A DNA stretch of 51,024 bases from an uncultured Chloroflexia bacterium (GTDB lineage: Bacteria > Chloroflexota > Limnocylindria > Limnocylindrales > CSP1-4): positions 1-51,024 of the forward strand of contig CAVTHS010000001.1 in assembly GCA_963734535.1 (NCBI GenBank). The letters run 5' to 3'. Of the stretch, positions 42,545 to 51,024 are shown piece after piece (positions within the stretch are counted from its first letter, which is position 1; each line of letters starts with the position of its first letter). The notes under the pieces are model-generated. The model had not been told where the DNA came from. It worked only from the letters and a program-made list of their open reading frames with translations, and did no database searches. The translations under genes and the position numbers were made by a program.

Positions 42545-43707
42545 AACGCCACCTCGCGCCCGTCCAGCATGAGACGGGCCAGGCGGAGCGCGTCACGCAG
42601 CTCGAGCGACTCGTCGCGCCGCTCGCTGGCCTCGGCCTCCGCGATGGATGCCTGCAGGTCGCGCACGAGGGCCCCGGCGATCGTGTCCGGCGGCGGAAGC
42701 GGTCCCTCGGGCAGCGCGGCGGCGGCGCCATCCCGAACGCGGAGCCGGAAGAAGCGCTCGGCGAGCTCACGCTCGACCTCGTCCGGCGCCACGTCCAGGT
42801 CGTCGCGACGGACGCCGATCAGGCGGACGTCGAGCACCAGGTCGGGGTCCGCGAGGCGCGCGACCCGCTCCACCAGCGCAGGCTGTCCGGCGAGCGTGCC
42901 GGCGTCGACCTCGAGGCGATCGAACCGGGTCCGTCCGACTCGACGCTCCTCGACGGTGACGTGACGGGCACCGGACCGCTCGTCGAGCGTGACGAGCAGG
43001 ACGACGCCCGCCCGGTCCTGGTCGACCGCGACCGGCTCCGGCGCGCCGCTGTAGGCCCACGCGGTCGCGCCCGCCTGCCCGCGCTGGGTCGAGTGCCAGT
43101 GGCCGAGCGCCAGGTAGTCGAGATGCGATGCGGTGATCTCGGCGGTCGTGAAGACCACCTCGTCCGCGTCGGTCTTGCCGGGGATGGCAAGCGACCCGTG
43201 GATCAGCCCGACATGCCAGCGCGCCCGACCGTCAGAAGCCGCGTTGAAGCCGGCGAGCGGGCTGCGCGGCGCGCGCTTCGTCGGGAAGACGAACCCGTGG
43301 ATCGCGAGGTCGAGGATCCCGTAGACGACGTCCGGGCGCTCAGGGGTGAGGACCACCAGGCGGTCCGATTCCGTCGGCAGGCCCGCCATGGCGGCAAGGT
43401 CGTAGGCGCGATAGACCGAGGCGCGGTCGTACACGTCGTGCGTGCCGGGGATGATGACGGCGCGGATGGCGGCATCGGTCAGGCGCTTGAGCTCCGCGAC
43501 GGTGCGTTCCACCGAGCGTTTCGGCTGCGTGTTGGAATCGAACAGGTCGCCGGCCACCAGCAGCACGTCGGCCTTCTCGGCGAGGGCAAGGTCGACGGTG
43601 GCGCGGAATGCGGCGAACTGGCGCTCGCGCTGGGCCGCGGCCTGGTTTCCCAGGTCCGTGTGCCGGGCGCCGAGGTGCACGTCGGCCGTGTGGATCAGGC
43701 GCAGCAT
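42541..43707 (-). CDS. Mre11/SbcD-like metallophosphoesterase (YhaO type)
   Basis: HTADVHLG, AGDLFD, PGTHD, HG, YLALGHWH, YSGAPE. Confidence 0.92.
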   Translation of the reverse strand: MLRLIHTADVHLGARHTDLGNQAAAQRERQFAAFRATVDLALAEKADVLLVAGDLFDSNTQPKRSVERTVAELKRLTDAAIRAVIIPGTHDVYDRASVYRAYDLAAMAGLPTESDRLVVLTPERPDVVYGILDLAIHGFVFPTKRAPRSPLAGFNAASDGRARWHVGLIHGSLAIPGKTDADEVVFTTAEITASHLDYLALGHWHSTQRGQAGATAWAYSGAPEPVAVDQDRAGVVLLVTLDERSGARHVTVEERRVGRTRFDRLEVDAGTLAGQPALVERVARLADPDLVLDVRLIGVRRDDLDVAPDEVERELAERFFRLRVRDGAAAALPEGPLPPPDTIAGALVRDLQASIAEAEASERRDESLELRDALRLARLMLDGREVAL

Positions 43708-43854
43708 CCCCGGCATTGTGCCGCATCCGGCGAGCGTTGCCCGGGTGCGTGCGCGTCGTGGCGCGTCCCGTTCGTGAGCCAGCACTTGCGCGGGAGCGCA
43801 GACGGGTGGCGGCGGCCATCCGAGGGGAGGGATGCTATCGTTCCGGCCACGCAA

Positions 43855-43969
43855 CCGGTGCGCGCCCAGAGGGCCTCACACCAGCTCGTCACCCGGGTCG
43901 CGCGGCACCAGGCGTTCCCTGCCTCCTCCGCCGTCCGGTCGACGAGCGGGTCGTGGCCCAGGCGCACGG
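43855..43969 (+). promoter_or_regulatory. Long imperfect hairpin in the 5' leader of the Zn-ribbon gene
   Basis: Nested helices GTGCGC/GCGCAC, GGGCC/GGCCC, GCTCGTC/GACGAGC, CCGG/CCGG, GCGG/CCGC, AGGC/GCCT. Confidence 0.5.
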
Positions 43970-44005
43970 ATCGATGGCGAGCGCCCGGACCTGGAGGCAC
44001 ACACG

Positions 44006-44341
44006 ATGACGTACCTTGACCGCTCCATCCCCTGCGTCGATTGCGGGATCTCGTTCGTGCACAGCGCCGCCGACCAGGAGTACTACGCGGAGAAGGGTTT
44101 CACCTCGGATCCGAAGCGCTGCCCCAGCTGCCGCTCCAGCCGGCGCGCGGCACGCGGCGATGGCTACGACGCTCGCAGCATCGGGGGCCCGCGCGGCTAT
44201 GAGCGCGGCGGCTCGACGGACCGCGAGTTCTTCGCGGTGACCTGCTCGCGCTGCGGCAACAATGCCCAGGTCCCCTTCAAGCCCCGGATGGACAAGCCGG
44301 TGTACTGCTCCGACTGCTTCCGCGAGGTCAAGGCCGGCTAG
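44006..44341 (+). CDS. Zinc-ribbon + CxxC-x17-CxxC domain protein
   Basis: CVDCG..F....DQEYY.EKGF..PKRCPSCR; C..CG....VPFKP...KPVYCSDCF; GGAGG RBS. Confidence 0.9.
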   Translation: MTYLDRSIPCVDCGISFVHSAADQEYYAEKGFTSDPKRCPSCRSSRRAARGDGYDARSIGGPRGYERGGSTDREFFAVTCSRCGNNAQVPFKPRMDKPVYCSDCFREVKAG

Positions 44342-44363
44342 CCTCCGCGGGCTCCCGGAACGT

Positions 44364-45095
44364 TCACGCGGGCCGGGCAGGGATTCCCAGGCGCAGGCTT
44401 TCGCCGGCCCGAAGGCGCTCCCGGTGGCGGCCGCGCCAGACCGTCACCCGCCCACGGCCGTGGACGTGCCACTCGCCGTCGCGGCCGACCAGCGCGGTCT
44501 CCTCGTCGAGCCCGAGAACCAGCGAGTCGGCGGGCGCGGCCAGCGCCATCGCAGCCGACAGCGGTTCGGGGAACGCGTCGTAGTGCGGGATCACGATCGT
44601 TCCTGGGACGATCCCCAGCGAGTCGCGCCAGCCGATCGGGAACCGCACGAAGGCCCGCCCGACGGACCGGACCTGGTAGCCGGCGAGGACCATCGCACCG
44701 GCCGAGCAGCCGGTGATGACCGCGCCGCGAGCGTGTGCGGCCCGGAGCGCCGCGCCCACGCCGCCGTCCACGAGCGCGTCGAGGAGGTGGCCCGGCTTCC
44801 CGCCCGACAGGTAGACGAGGTCGGCCTCGCCGATGGCCGCGATGGCGGACGGGTTGTTCGCGTCCTCCGCGCCACGGACGAGGACCGGCTCGACCTCCGC
44901 GCCGAGGCTCGCGAAATGGGCCCCTCCCCGCACGGCCCAGCCGCGGAAGGTCTCCTCGCCGTCCGGCCATGATGCGGTCGGAAGGACCGCGACCCGGGGT
45001 CGATCGCGCCCGGTCGCTGCCAGCAATGCCCGGTCGAGTGCCTCCATCGCGGGTGTGAACTCGCCCGAGCCGACCAGCGCGATCATGCCTTCCAT
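44364..45095 (-). CDS. Peptidase S51 (dipeptidase E/cyanophycinase-like)
   Basis: ALVGSGE, LPTAS, YLSGG, GCSAGAM, IPHYD, GLDEET. Confidence 0.88.
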   Translation of the reverse strand: MEGMIALVGSGEFTPAMEALDRALLAATGRDRPRVAVLPTASWPDGEETFRGWAVRGGAHFASLGAEVEPVLVRGAEDANNPSAIAAIGEADLVYLSGGKPGHLLDALVDGGVGAALRAAHARGAVITGCSAGAMVLAGYQVRSVGRAFVRFPIGWRDSLGIVPGTIVIPHYDAFPEPLSAAMALAAPADSLVLGLDEETALVGRDGEWHVHGRGRVTVWRGRHRERLRAGESLRLGIPARPA

Positions 45096-45314
45096 CGGCG
45101 GCGAGTCTACCCCGCGGTGCTCGGAGGCACGGGATTCCGCGACACGTGCTCGCGATTCGGCCGCTTCCCTCGAAACGGGGGTGGAACCGGCTGGTCACAT
45201 GGCCGCCACGTGGCTATGCTCACGTGCATCGCAGGGAAGGTTCCTGTGTGGATGCCGGTCGAGCGCTCCGCGCGCGACGTGGCGCCGGGGAGACACGCAA
45301 TAGAGGGAGATGCG

Positions 45315-46043
45315 ATGGAGCCGACCCCATCCGATATGCCGTCCGGTAGCGCGGGGGCGCCGCCGCCTCCGCCGGCCCCGGCCCCGCCGCCGTACCAGGC
45401 GCCGCCTCCGCCGGCCCCGGCCCCGCCGCCGTACCAGGCGCCGCCTCCGCAGGGCCCGCCCGCGAACGCGGCACAGCCGGCCTGGATGCAGAACCTGACG
45501 TCGACGGCCCCGGTGGCCGGACCAGCCGGCCTGTTCTACGCCGACCTCCCGAACCGGATCATCGCGTACATCATCGACGTCATCCTGCTCGGCATCGTGG
45601 GGTTCGTCGTGGCGGCGATCACCGGTTCGTTCATGCCCGTCTACTCGTTCGACCTGGCCAACGGCTTCCACTACAACTACTTCGCCGCGATCATCAACGC
45701 CGCCATCAGCGGCGGCATCAGCATCGCGTACTTCGTCTACACGTGGACCGCGATGCGCGGCACGGTGGGGATGAAGGTCCTCGGCATGCAGATCGGGAGC
45801 GAGAAGGATGGCGCCACGCTGACGATGGACCAGGCCATCCGGCGCTGGCTGGCGGTCGGCGGCTGGATCACCATCGCCCAGGCGCTCAACCCGCTGCCGC
45901 TGGTTGGGATCCTGATCGGGTTGGTCTCGCTCGGCTACGTGATCTACCTTCTCTACACCACCGCGCAGAGCCCAACAAAGCAGGGTTTCCACGACCACTT
46001 CGTCGGGTCCATGGTGGTGAAGGCGGCGCGCTCGGTCGGCTGA
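45315..46043 (+). CDS. RDD family membrane protein with Pro-rich N-terminus
   Basis: RIIAYIID, TVGMKVLG, QAIRR, KQGFHD...VV. Confidence 0.9.
   Translation: MEPTPSDMPSGSAGAPPPPPAPAPPPYQAPPPPAPAPPPYQAPPPQGPPANAAQPAWMQNLTSTAPVAGPAGLFYADLPNRIIAYIIDVILLGIVGFVVAAITGSFMPVYSFDLANGFHYNYFAAIINAAISGGISIAYFVYTWTAMRGTVGMKVLGMQIGSEKDGATLTMDQAIRRWLAVGGWITIAQALNPLPLVGILIGLVSLGYVIYLLYTTAQSPTKQGFHDHFVGSMVVKAARSVG
45363..45449 (+). repeat. 39-bp coding tandem repeat (PPPPAPAPPPYQA, ~2.2 copies)
   Basis: GCCGCCTCCGCCGGCCCCGGCCCCGCCGCCGTACCAGGC repeated. Confidence 0.8.
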
Positions 46044-46090
46044 CCGGCTGACCGCTCACCGTCGCGGCTGACACGGCCGCGAAACCGATA

Positions 46091-46143
46091 CGGGCCGCGC
46101 CGCGAGGCGCGAAGGGCCGGGCCGCGCCGCGAGGCGCGGCCCG
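46091..46143. terminator. Duplicated hairpin between convergent genes
   Basis: CGGGCCGCGCCGCGAGGCGCG twice; second copy forms a perfect 11-bp stem with GCGA loop. Confidence 0.55.
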
Positions 46144-46164
46144 CTCGATTCCGGGATCCCCGAA

Positions 46165-47154
46165 CTACCGGGCCGCCGCCTCCACGCGCGCTCCCTCCCT
46201 GGGCAGCCCCAGCCGGCCGCTCCCGAATCGCGTGCCGGCCCGTCCCCACACCACGGCAGCAGCGTCGTCGAGCGCCCCGATCGCCGCGAACCGGCCGCCG
46301 CCGCGGACGAAGTCGGCGCAGGCGCGCACCTTCGGCCCCATCGAGCCGGCCGGCCACTCGCCGCGCTCGAGGCCCTCGACTGCCTCCTCCACCGAGAGGC
46401 GCCGGATGGTCTCCGCCTCCGGCGTTCCCCAGCCGCGGACAACGCCGACCACGTCCGTCAGCAGGATCAGGCCGTCCGCGCCCACCGCGCGGGCCAGGAC
46501 GACCGCGGCGAGATCCTTGTCGATCACCGCCTCGCGCCCCTCGTATCGACCGTCGGGCAGCTCGACCACCGGGATGCCCCCGCCGCCGGAGGCGATGACC
46601 AACGCCCCGGTCTCGACGAGCGAGCGGATCGCCTGGGCCTCGACGATCCGGAGCGGCGCCGGCGAGGCGACCACCCGGCGCCAGTGCTTCCCGTCCCGGG
46701 CGATCGTCCAGCCCTGGTCCTCGGCGTGCCCGCGGGCGACGGCCTCCGTGTAGACCGGTCCCACCGGCTTGCTGGGGGCGGAGAACGCCGGGTCGTCGGC
46801 ACGGACCACGGTCTGGGTGAGGATCACCGCGATCTCGCGCCGGATCCCGCGCGCGATGAACGCGTCACGAAGCGCCTGCGTCATGAGATAGCCGATCTGG
46901 CCCTGCGACTCGGCGCCCAGGACGTCGAGCGGGGGCGGCGGCACGACGGCCGAGGCCATCTCCGCCTCGATGGCCAGGAAGCCGACCTGCGGGCCGTTCC
47001 CGTGGGTGAGCACGATCTCGGCGCCGCTCCGCTCGGCGAGGTCGACGAGGGAGCGGGCCGCGATCTCCAGGTTGTGGCGCTGGACCTCGATCGAGCCCGG
47101 CTCGCCGCGCCGGATCATCGCGTTCCCCCCGAGAGCGACCGCGATCCGGGTCAC
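46165..47154 (-). CDS. arcC: Carbamate kinase
   Basis: VALGGNA, THGNGPQVG, KPVGP, RRVVASP.P, GGGGIPV, EAVIDKD, GSMGPK. Confidence 0.96.
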   Translation of the reverse strand: MTRIAVALGGNAMIRRGEPGSIEVQRHNLEIAARSLVDLAERSGAEIVLTHGNGPQVGFLAIEAEMASAVVPPPPLDVLGAESQGQIGYLMTQALRDAFIARGIRREIAVILTQTVVRADDPAFSAPSKPVGPVYTEAVARGHAEDQGWTIARDGKHWRRVVASPAPLRIVEAQAIRSLVETGALVIASGGGGIPVVELPDGRYEGREAVIDKDLAAVVLARAVGADGLILLTDVVGVVRGWGTPEAETIRRLSVEEAVEGLERGEWPAGSMGPKVRACADFVRGGGRFAAIGALDDAAAVVWGRAGTRFGSGRLGLPREGARVEAAAR

Positions 47155-48092
47155 CCCAGTCGCTCGCCACGGCGGTCGCCGCTGATGAGCCCGTAGAAGA
47201 GCGCCTGCTCCGTGTAGACCCGGTTCTCGGCCTGGTCCCAGACGCGACTCTGGGGGCCATCGATCACGGCATCGGTGACCTCGTCGCCGCGATGGGCGGG
47301 CAGACAGTGGAGGAAGATCGCCCCGGGCAGCGCGCGCGCCATCATGACGCCGTCGACCGTGTAGCCGGCGAAGATCCGGCGGCGTTCCTCGCGCTCGGCT
47401 TCCTTGCCCATCGACGCCCAGACGTCCGTGTACACGGCATCCGCACCGCGGACCGCCTCGGCGGGATCGGTCACGAGCTCAACGCCGCCGCCGGTCGCCG
47501 CGCCGTGGGCAAGCCCGGACGCCACGATGGCCGGATCGGGACGGTAGCCCTCCGGCGTCGCGATCGCCAGGTGGAACCCGATGTAGCCGGCCGCCTGGAT
47601 CAGCGAGTGGGCAACGTTGTTGCCGTCGCCCACGAACGCCACGCGACGTCCCCGAAGGTCGCCGAAGGCCTCCTCGAGCGTCATCGCGTCGGCCAGCGCC
47701 TGGCACGGGTGATGCTCGTCGGTGAGGGCGTTGATGATCGGGATGCTCGAATGGGCCGCCAGCTCGTCGACCCGCGCCTGGGCGAACGTCCGGATCGTGA
47801 GCGCGGACAGGTAGCGCGAGAGGACGCGCGCCGTGTCGGCGACCGTCTCGCCGTGGCCCAGCTGGAGCTCGTCGGGCCGGAGCACGATCGGGAGCATCCC
47901 GAGCGCCCACGCGGCGGCCTCCAGGCTCACCCGCGTCCGGGTCGACGGCTTGTCGAAGATCATGCCCACCCGGCCACCGGCGAGCGCGGTCCGGTGCTGG
48001 CCGGGCTCGCGCTTGAACCGATGGGAGAGGTCCAGGATCTCGCGGACTCCCTCGCGACCGAGGGAATCGAGCGACAGGAGATGGTCGGTCAT
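47151..48092 (-). CDS. argF: Ornithine carbamoyltransferase (ArgF/ArcB)
   Basis: FDKPSTRTR, HPCQALAD, GDGNNV, YTDVWASMG, FLHCLPAHRG, QAENR. Confidence 0.96.
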   Translation of the reverse strand: MTDHLLSLDSLGREGVREILDLSHRFKREPGQHRTALAGGRVGMIFDKPSTRTRVSLEAAAWALGMLPIVLRPDELQLGHGETVADTARVLSRYLSALTIRTFAQARVDELAAHSSIPIINALTDEHHPCQALADAMTLEEAFGDLRGRRVAFVGDGNNVAHSLIQAAGYIGFHLAIATPEGYRPDPAIVASGLAHGAATGGGVELVTDPAEAVRGADAVYTDVWASMGKEAEREERRRIFAGYTVDGVMMARALPGAIFLHCLPAHRGDEVTDAVIDGPQSRVWDQAENRVYTEQALFYGLISGDRRGERLG

Positions 48093-48106
48093 CGCGCCTG
48101 CCTCCG

Positions 48107-49465
48107 TCAGCGGGCGCCGGCCGCGCTGGCCGCGCGGGCGCGGGCAACGATCGGCGCGACGAGGTCGGTGAGGGTCGGGACGTCGGGGTCGCCGGTGACC
48201 TCGTCCAGCTCGTACCGGACGCGGACGACGGGCTTGTCGAGGTGGAGCACCCGGTTGAGATCGATCGGCGTCGCCGCGAGGACGAGGTCGGCGGGCATCG
48301 CGTTGAGCGTGTCCTCCAGCTCCGTCATCTGCTCCTGCCCGTAGCCCATCGCCGGGAGGAGGTGCTGGAGTGCCGGGTACTTCGCGAGCGTCAGGGCAAG
48401 GCTGCCCATGGCGAATGGGACGGGATCCACGACCTCTGCGGCGCCGAAGCGCCGGGCGGCCACGATGCCCGCCCCGAAGGTCATCCCGCCATGCGTGAGC
48501 GTGGGGCCGTCCTCGACCACGGCGACCCGCTTGCCCTCGATCGTCCCGCCCTCGAGCGTCAGCGACGAGCGAGCCAGGATCACCTCGGCCCGCGGGTTGA
48601 GGCTGGCGATGTCGGCGCGGACCATCTCGACGGCGCCCGGCTCGGCCGAGTCGACCTTGTTGATGACCACGACGTCGGCCATCCGCAGGTTCGCCTCGCC
48701 GGGGTGGTAGTGGACCTCGTGACCGGGCCGCAGCGGATCCGCGACGACCACGAACAGGTCGGGCTTGTAGAACGGGAAGTCGTTGTTGCCGCCGTCCCAG
48801 AGGATCACGTCGGCTTCCTTCTCCGCCTCGCGCAGGATCGCCTCGTAGTCGACCCCCGCGAAGAGGACCCGTCCCGCGTCGAGGTGGGGCTCGTACTCCT
48901 CGCGCTCTTCGATGGTGGTCTCGTGACGGTCGAGGTCCGCGTAGGTCTCGAAGCGCTGGACGCGCTGCTTCACGAGGTCGCCGTACGGCATCGGGTGCCG
49001 GATCACCACGACCTTGAGCCCCTGGGCCTCGAGGAGGCGGGCAAGATACCGCGTGGTCTGGCTCTTGCCGGCGCCGGTGCGCGTCGCACCGGTCGCGACG
49101 ACGGGCTTCGTGCTCCGGATCATCGTGCGGACGGGCCCGAGCAGCACGAAGTTGGCACCGCCCGCCAGCACGCGGCTGGCCTGGTGCATCACGAACTCGT
49201 GGGCGACGTCGCTGTAGGCGAAGACCACCCGGTCGATCTTCTGGCGGGCGAAGATCTTCTCGAGCTCCGACTCCGGGATGATGTCGATGCCGTCCGGGTA
49301 GAGCGGGCCGGCGAGCTCCGGCGGGTAGCGCCGGTGATCGATCCCGGGAATCTGGGTGGCCGTGAACGCGACGACCTCGACCTCGGGATCGTCACGATAG
49401 ACGACGTTGAAGTCATGGAAGTCGCGCCCCGCGGCGCCCATGATCACGACCTGCGTGCGGTCCAT
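48107..49465 (-). CDS. CpgS-like P-loop protein; candidate arginine synthetase ArcE
   Basis: IMGAAGRDFHDFN, AFTATQIP, RTGAGKSQ, RHPMPYGDL, TIEEREEYE, WDGGNND, EDGPTLTHGGM, PAMGY; operon with OTC and CK. Confidence 0.85.
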   Translation of the reverse strand: MDRTQVVIMGAAGRDFHDFNVVYRDDPEVEVVAFTATQIPGIDHRRYPPELAGPLYPDGIDIIPESELEKIFARQKIDRVVFAYSDVAHEFVMHQASRVLAGGANFVLLGPVRTMIRSTKPVVATGATRTGAGKSQTTRYLARLLEAQGLKVVVIRHPMPYGDLVKQRVQRFETYADLDRHETTIEEREEYEPHLDAGRVLFAGVDYEAILREAEKEADVILWDGGNNDFPFYKPDLFVVVADPLRPGHEVHYHPGEANLRMADVVVINKVDSAEPGAVEMVRADIASLNPRAEVILARSSLTLEGGTIEGKRVAVVEDGPTLTHGGMTFGAGIVAARRFGAAEVVDPVPFAMGSLALTLAKYPALQHLLPAMGYGQEQMTELEDTLNAMPADLVLAATPIDLNRVLHLDKPVVRVRYELDEVTGDPDVPTLTDLVAPIVARARAASAAGAR

Positions 49466-49560
49466 GGTCGTCCGCTCCTCCGCATCTCTGCCGACGCGGA
49501 CGAGCCGGTTCCCGACCCGGGCCCGGCGGTCGTCCTTCTGGGTTGAGTGTGGGTGGCGCG

Positions 49561-50283
49561 TCAAGCGGCCGGGTAGGGCCGAGCGGACCCCGGGGGCGGG
49601 GCCGGTCGGCCGGGGTCCGCCGAGGGAGCCGAAGCGCCCGGCACCGCGGGGCTGCGCGGCGGGCCTGAGGGTGCCGGAAGCGCGTCCGGCGTGTCGACAT
49701 CGCGGAGCGACGCGCCGTCCGGGTCGAGGACACGCCACCGTTCGGGCTCCAGCGCTCCGACTCGAAGGCGCTCGAGGAGGCCGAGCAGACTCCGCGAGCT
49801 TCCCGCAAGCAACGCCACGACCACCGGCCGAACGGTGGCCACGCGGAGCGCCGCGGGCAGCGGCCGGATCACCCCGTCCTCCGCGAGCGCCACGGCGTCG
49901 AGCTGCCGGCCGTCCACGGCGGAATCCAGCCACAGCACGAGCTCGGCGAGGATGGCGGGCGAGAGCCAGGGCTGATCGCCGCCGACGAGGATCGCGAGCC
50001 GACCGCGCGCGGCGGCAAGCCCCGCGGCCAACCCTGCGAGCGGACCGCCATCGGCGACCGAATCCCGGACCACGCGGACCCGGGTCGCAGCGTCGACCGG
50101 CAGCCGCGGCCTGGCACCATCGGCACCGATCACCACCACGACCTCGTCCGAGACGGACGCCACGGCGAGGATCGCGTGGTGGAGGAGCGGGCGCCCGTCC
50201 AGCGGCGCAACCAGCTTGTCGGCGCCGAAGCGGGTGGCGCGGCCGCCCGCGAGAACGATCCCGGTGACCATCACGACGCTCAC
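49561..50283 (-). CDS. mobA: Molybdenum cofactor guanylyltransferase (MobA-like)
   Basis: GIVLAGG.A.RFG.DK, GPLAGL, GGDQP, DVDTP. Confidence 0.85.
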   Translation of the reverse strand: MSVVMVTGIVLAGGRATRFGADKLVAPLDGRPLLHHAILAVASVSDEVVVVIGADGARPRLPVDAATRVRVVRDSVADGGPLAGLAAGLAAARGRLAILVGGDQPWLSPAILAELVLWLDSAVDGRQLDAVALAEDGVIRPLPAALRVATVRPVVVALLAGSSRSLLGLLERLRVGALEPERWRVLDPDGASLRDVDTPDALPAPSGPPRSPAVPGASAPSADPGRPAPPPGSARPYPAA

Positions 50284-50717
50284 CAGGCAGGCACGTCGGA
50301 GAGGGCGACGACGGCGATGCCGGCGAGCTCCGCCGCCTCGCGCTGACGTTGATCCGCGGTGACAAGCGTGGCTCGACGGATGCCGGCAACCTCGACGTAG
50401 GCGGCATCGGGCACTCGAAGTCCCGTCACGAGCGCGAGCCTGAACGTCGCGCTCGCGAACGCGTGAGGATCGACCTCCTCGAACGTCACCTGGTCGAGCG
50501 CCCCAAGCACCGCGTCCGATTGGGTTCGGTCGATCCGTTGCTCGCGCATCCCTCGCTCGAGTGCAGCCGCGACCTCGAGGAGGAAGAGCGGCGGTTCCAC
50601 GGCCCTGATGCGCGCCTCACGGAGCGCCTGCTCGACGCGGAGGGCGCCTGCCCGGTCCGTTTCATCTTCGAACGCCCACCGAAGCACAACGCTCGCATCC
50701 AGCACCACTTCGATCAT
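50280..50717 (-). CDS. PIN-domain (VapC-like) toxin
   Basis: VVLDASVVLRW, LEV...L, DAAYV.VA, LVTAD. Confidence 0.88.
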   Translation of the reverse strand: MIEVVLDASVVLRWAFEDETDRAGALRVEQALREARIRAVEPPLFLLEVAAALERGMREQRIDRTQSDAVLGALDQVTFEEVDPHAFASATFRLALVTGLRVPDAAYVEVAGIRRATLVTADQRQREAAELAGIAVVALSDVPAW

Positions 50718-51024
50718 GGAGTGGCGTCTCCCGGCGGGAGGAAGTCGAGGAGGCGCTCACCGAACTCCTCGCGGATCGCGTCGAGGATCGCGTCTGCCGT
50801 GTCGTGGGGGCCGCTCGGCGGCTTCGACCGGGCGCGGACCTCGTCGAGGATGTCGAACGCGCGCCGGCGCCGAGCGAGCATCCGGTCGAACGTGTCGGGC
50901 CAGTGCGCCGCGTTCCAGCGCGCCACGTACACGGCACGATCCTCGTCGGCATCGGGTTGGTATGGGGCGGCCGCCTCTCGCGCCCCGGCCTCGCGAGGGC
51001 GCGCGACGGGCAGGTCCAGCGCTG
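50714..51024 (-). CDS. Probable antitoxin partner; frame stays open to the window edge
   Basis: ATGA overlap with the PIN gene; frame extends upstream as ALDLPVARPREAGAREAAAPYQPD...; ends AILDAIREE. Confidence 0.6.
   Translation of the reverse strand, partial: ALDLPVARPREAGAREAAAPYQPDADEDRAVYVARWNAAHWPDTFDRMLARRRRAFDILDEVRARSKPPSGPHDTADAILDAIREEFGERLLDFLPPGDATP

Noticed and set aside
46091-46143. Possible mini CRISPR array
   Set aside because: Only two repeats with a 6-nt gap and no cas genes
48107-49465. Annotation as true cyclic 2,3-diphosphoglycerate synthase
   Set aside because: No 2-phosphoglycerate kinase nearby; OTC and carbamate kinase context favours arginine metabolism

Overview
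Very GC-rich bacterial chromosome segment made mostly of housekeeping and metabolic genes; gene content and style suggest Chloroflexota, possibly Limnocylindria-like (inference only). Left to right it holds: the 5' end of an ADP-forming acyl-CoA ligase, cupin, LLM oxidoreductase, short lectin-like propeller, CGNR/ABATE Zn-finger gene with two small divergent ORFs, comEA-comEC-HD-holA, rsfS-nadD-obgE, LysM/M23 peptidase, rho, tal/fsa, pyrG, nitroreductase, DUF4097 lipoprotein, psuG / S9 peptidase / PfkB kinase, a pentose-phosphate cluster (tkt-rpiB-pgi-gnd-zwf-opcA-pgl), citrate synthase, MFS, GNAT, EamA, an Mre11/Rad50-like (YhaO/YhaN-type) pair, Zn-ribbon protein, S51 peptidase, RDD protein, arcC, OTC, a CpgS-like P-loop enzyme, mobA and a PIN toxin-antitoxin pair. 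Many genes carry single-base frameshifts, mostly extra G/C in runs, which look like long-read errors. Best leads: (1) the CpgS-like/OTC/carbamate kinase operon matches the arginine synthetase (ArcE) pathway; (2) two tandem GTAACC-N17-GGTTAC palindromes sit on overlapping divergent promoters of the CGNR/ABATE gene and two unannotated microproteins; (3) several structured 5' leaders or sRNA candidates; (4) frequent leaderless gene starts. No rRNA, tRNA, CRISPR array or transposase was recognised. All calls come from motif reading by eye; no searches were run.
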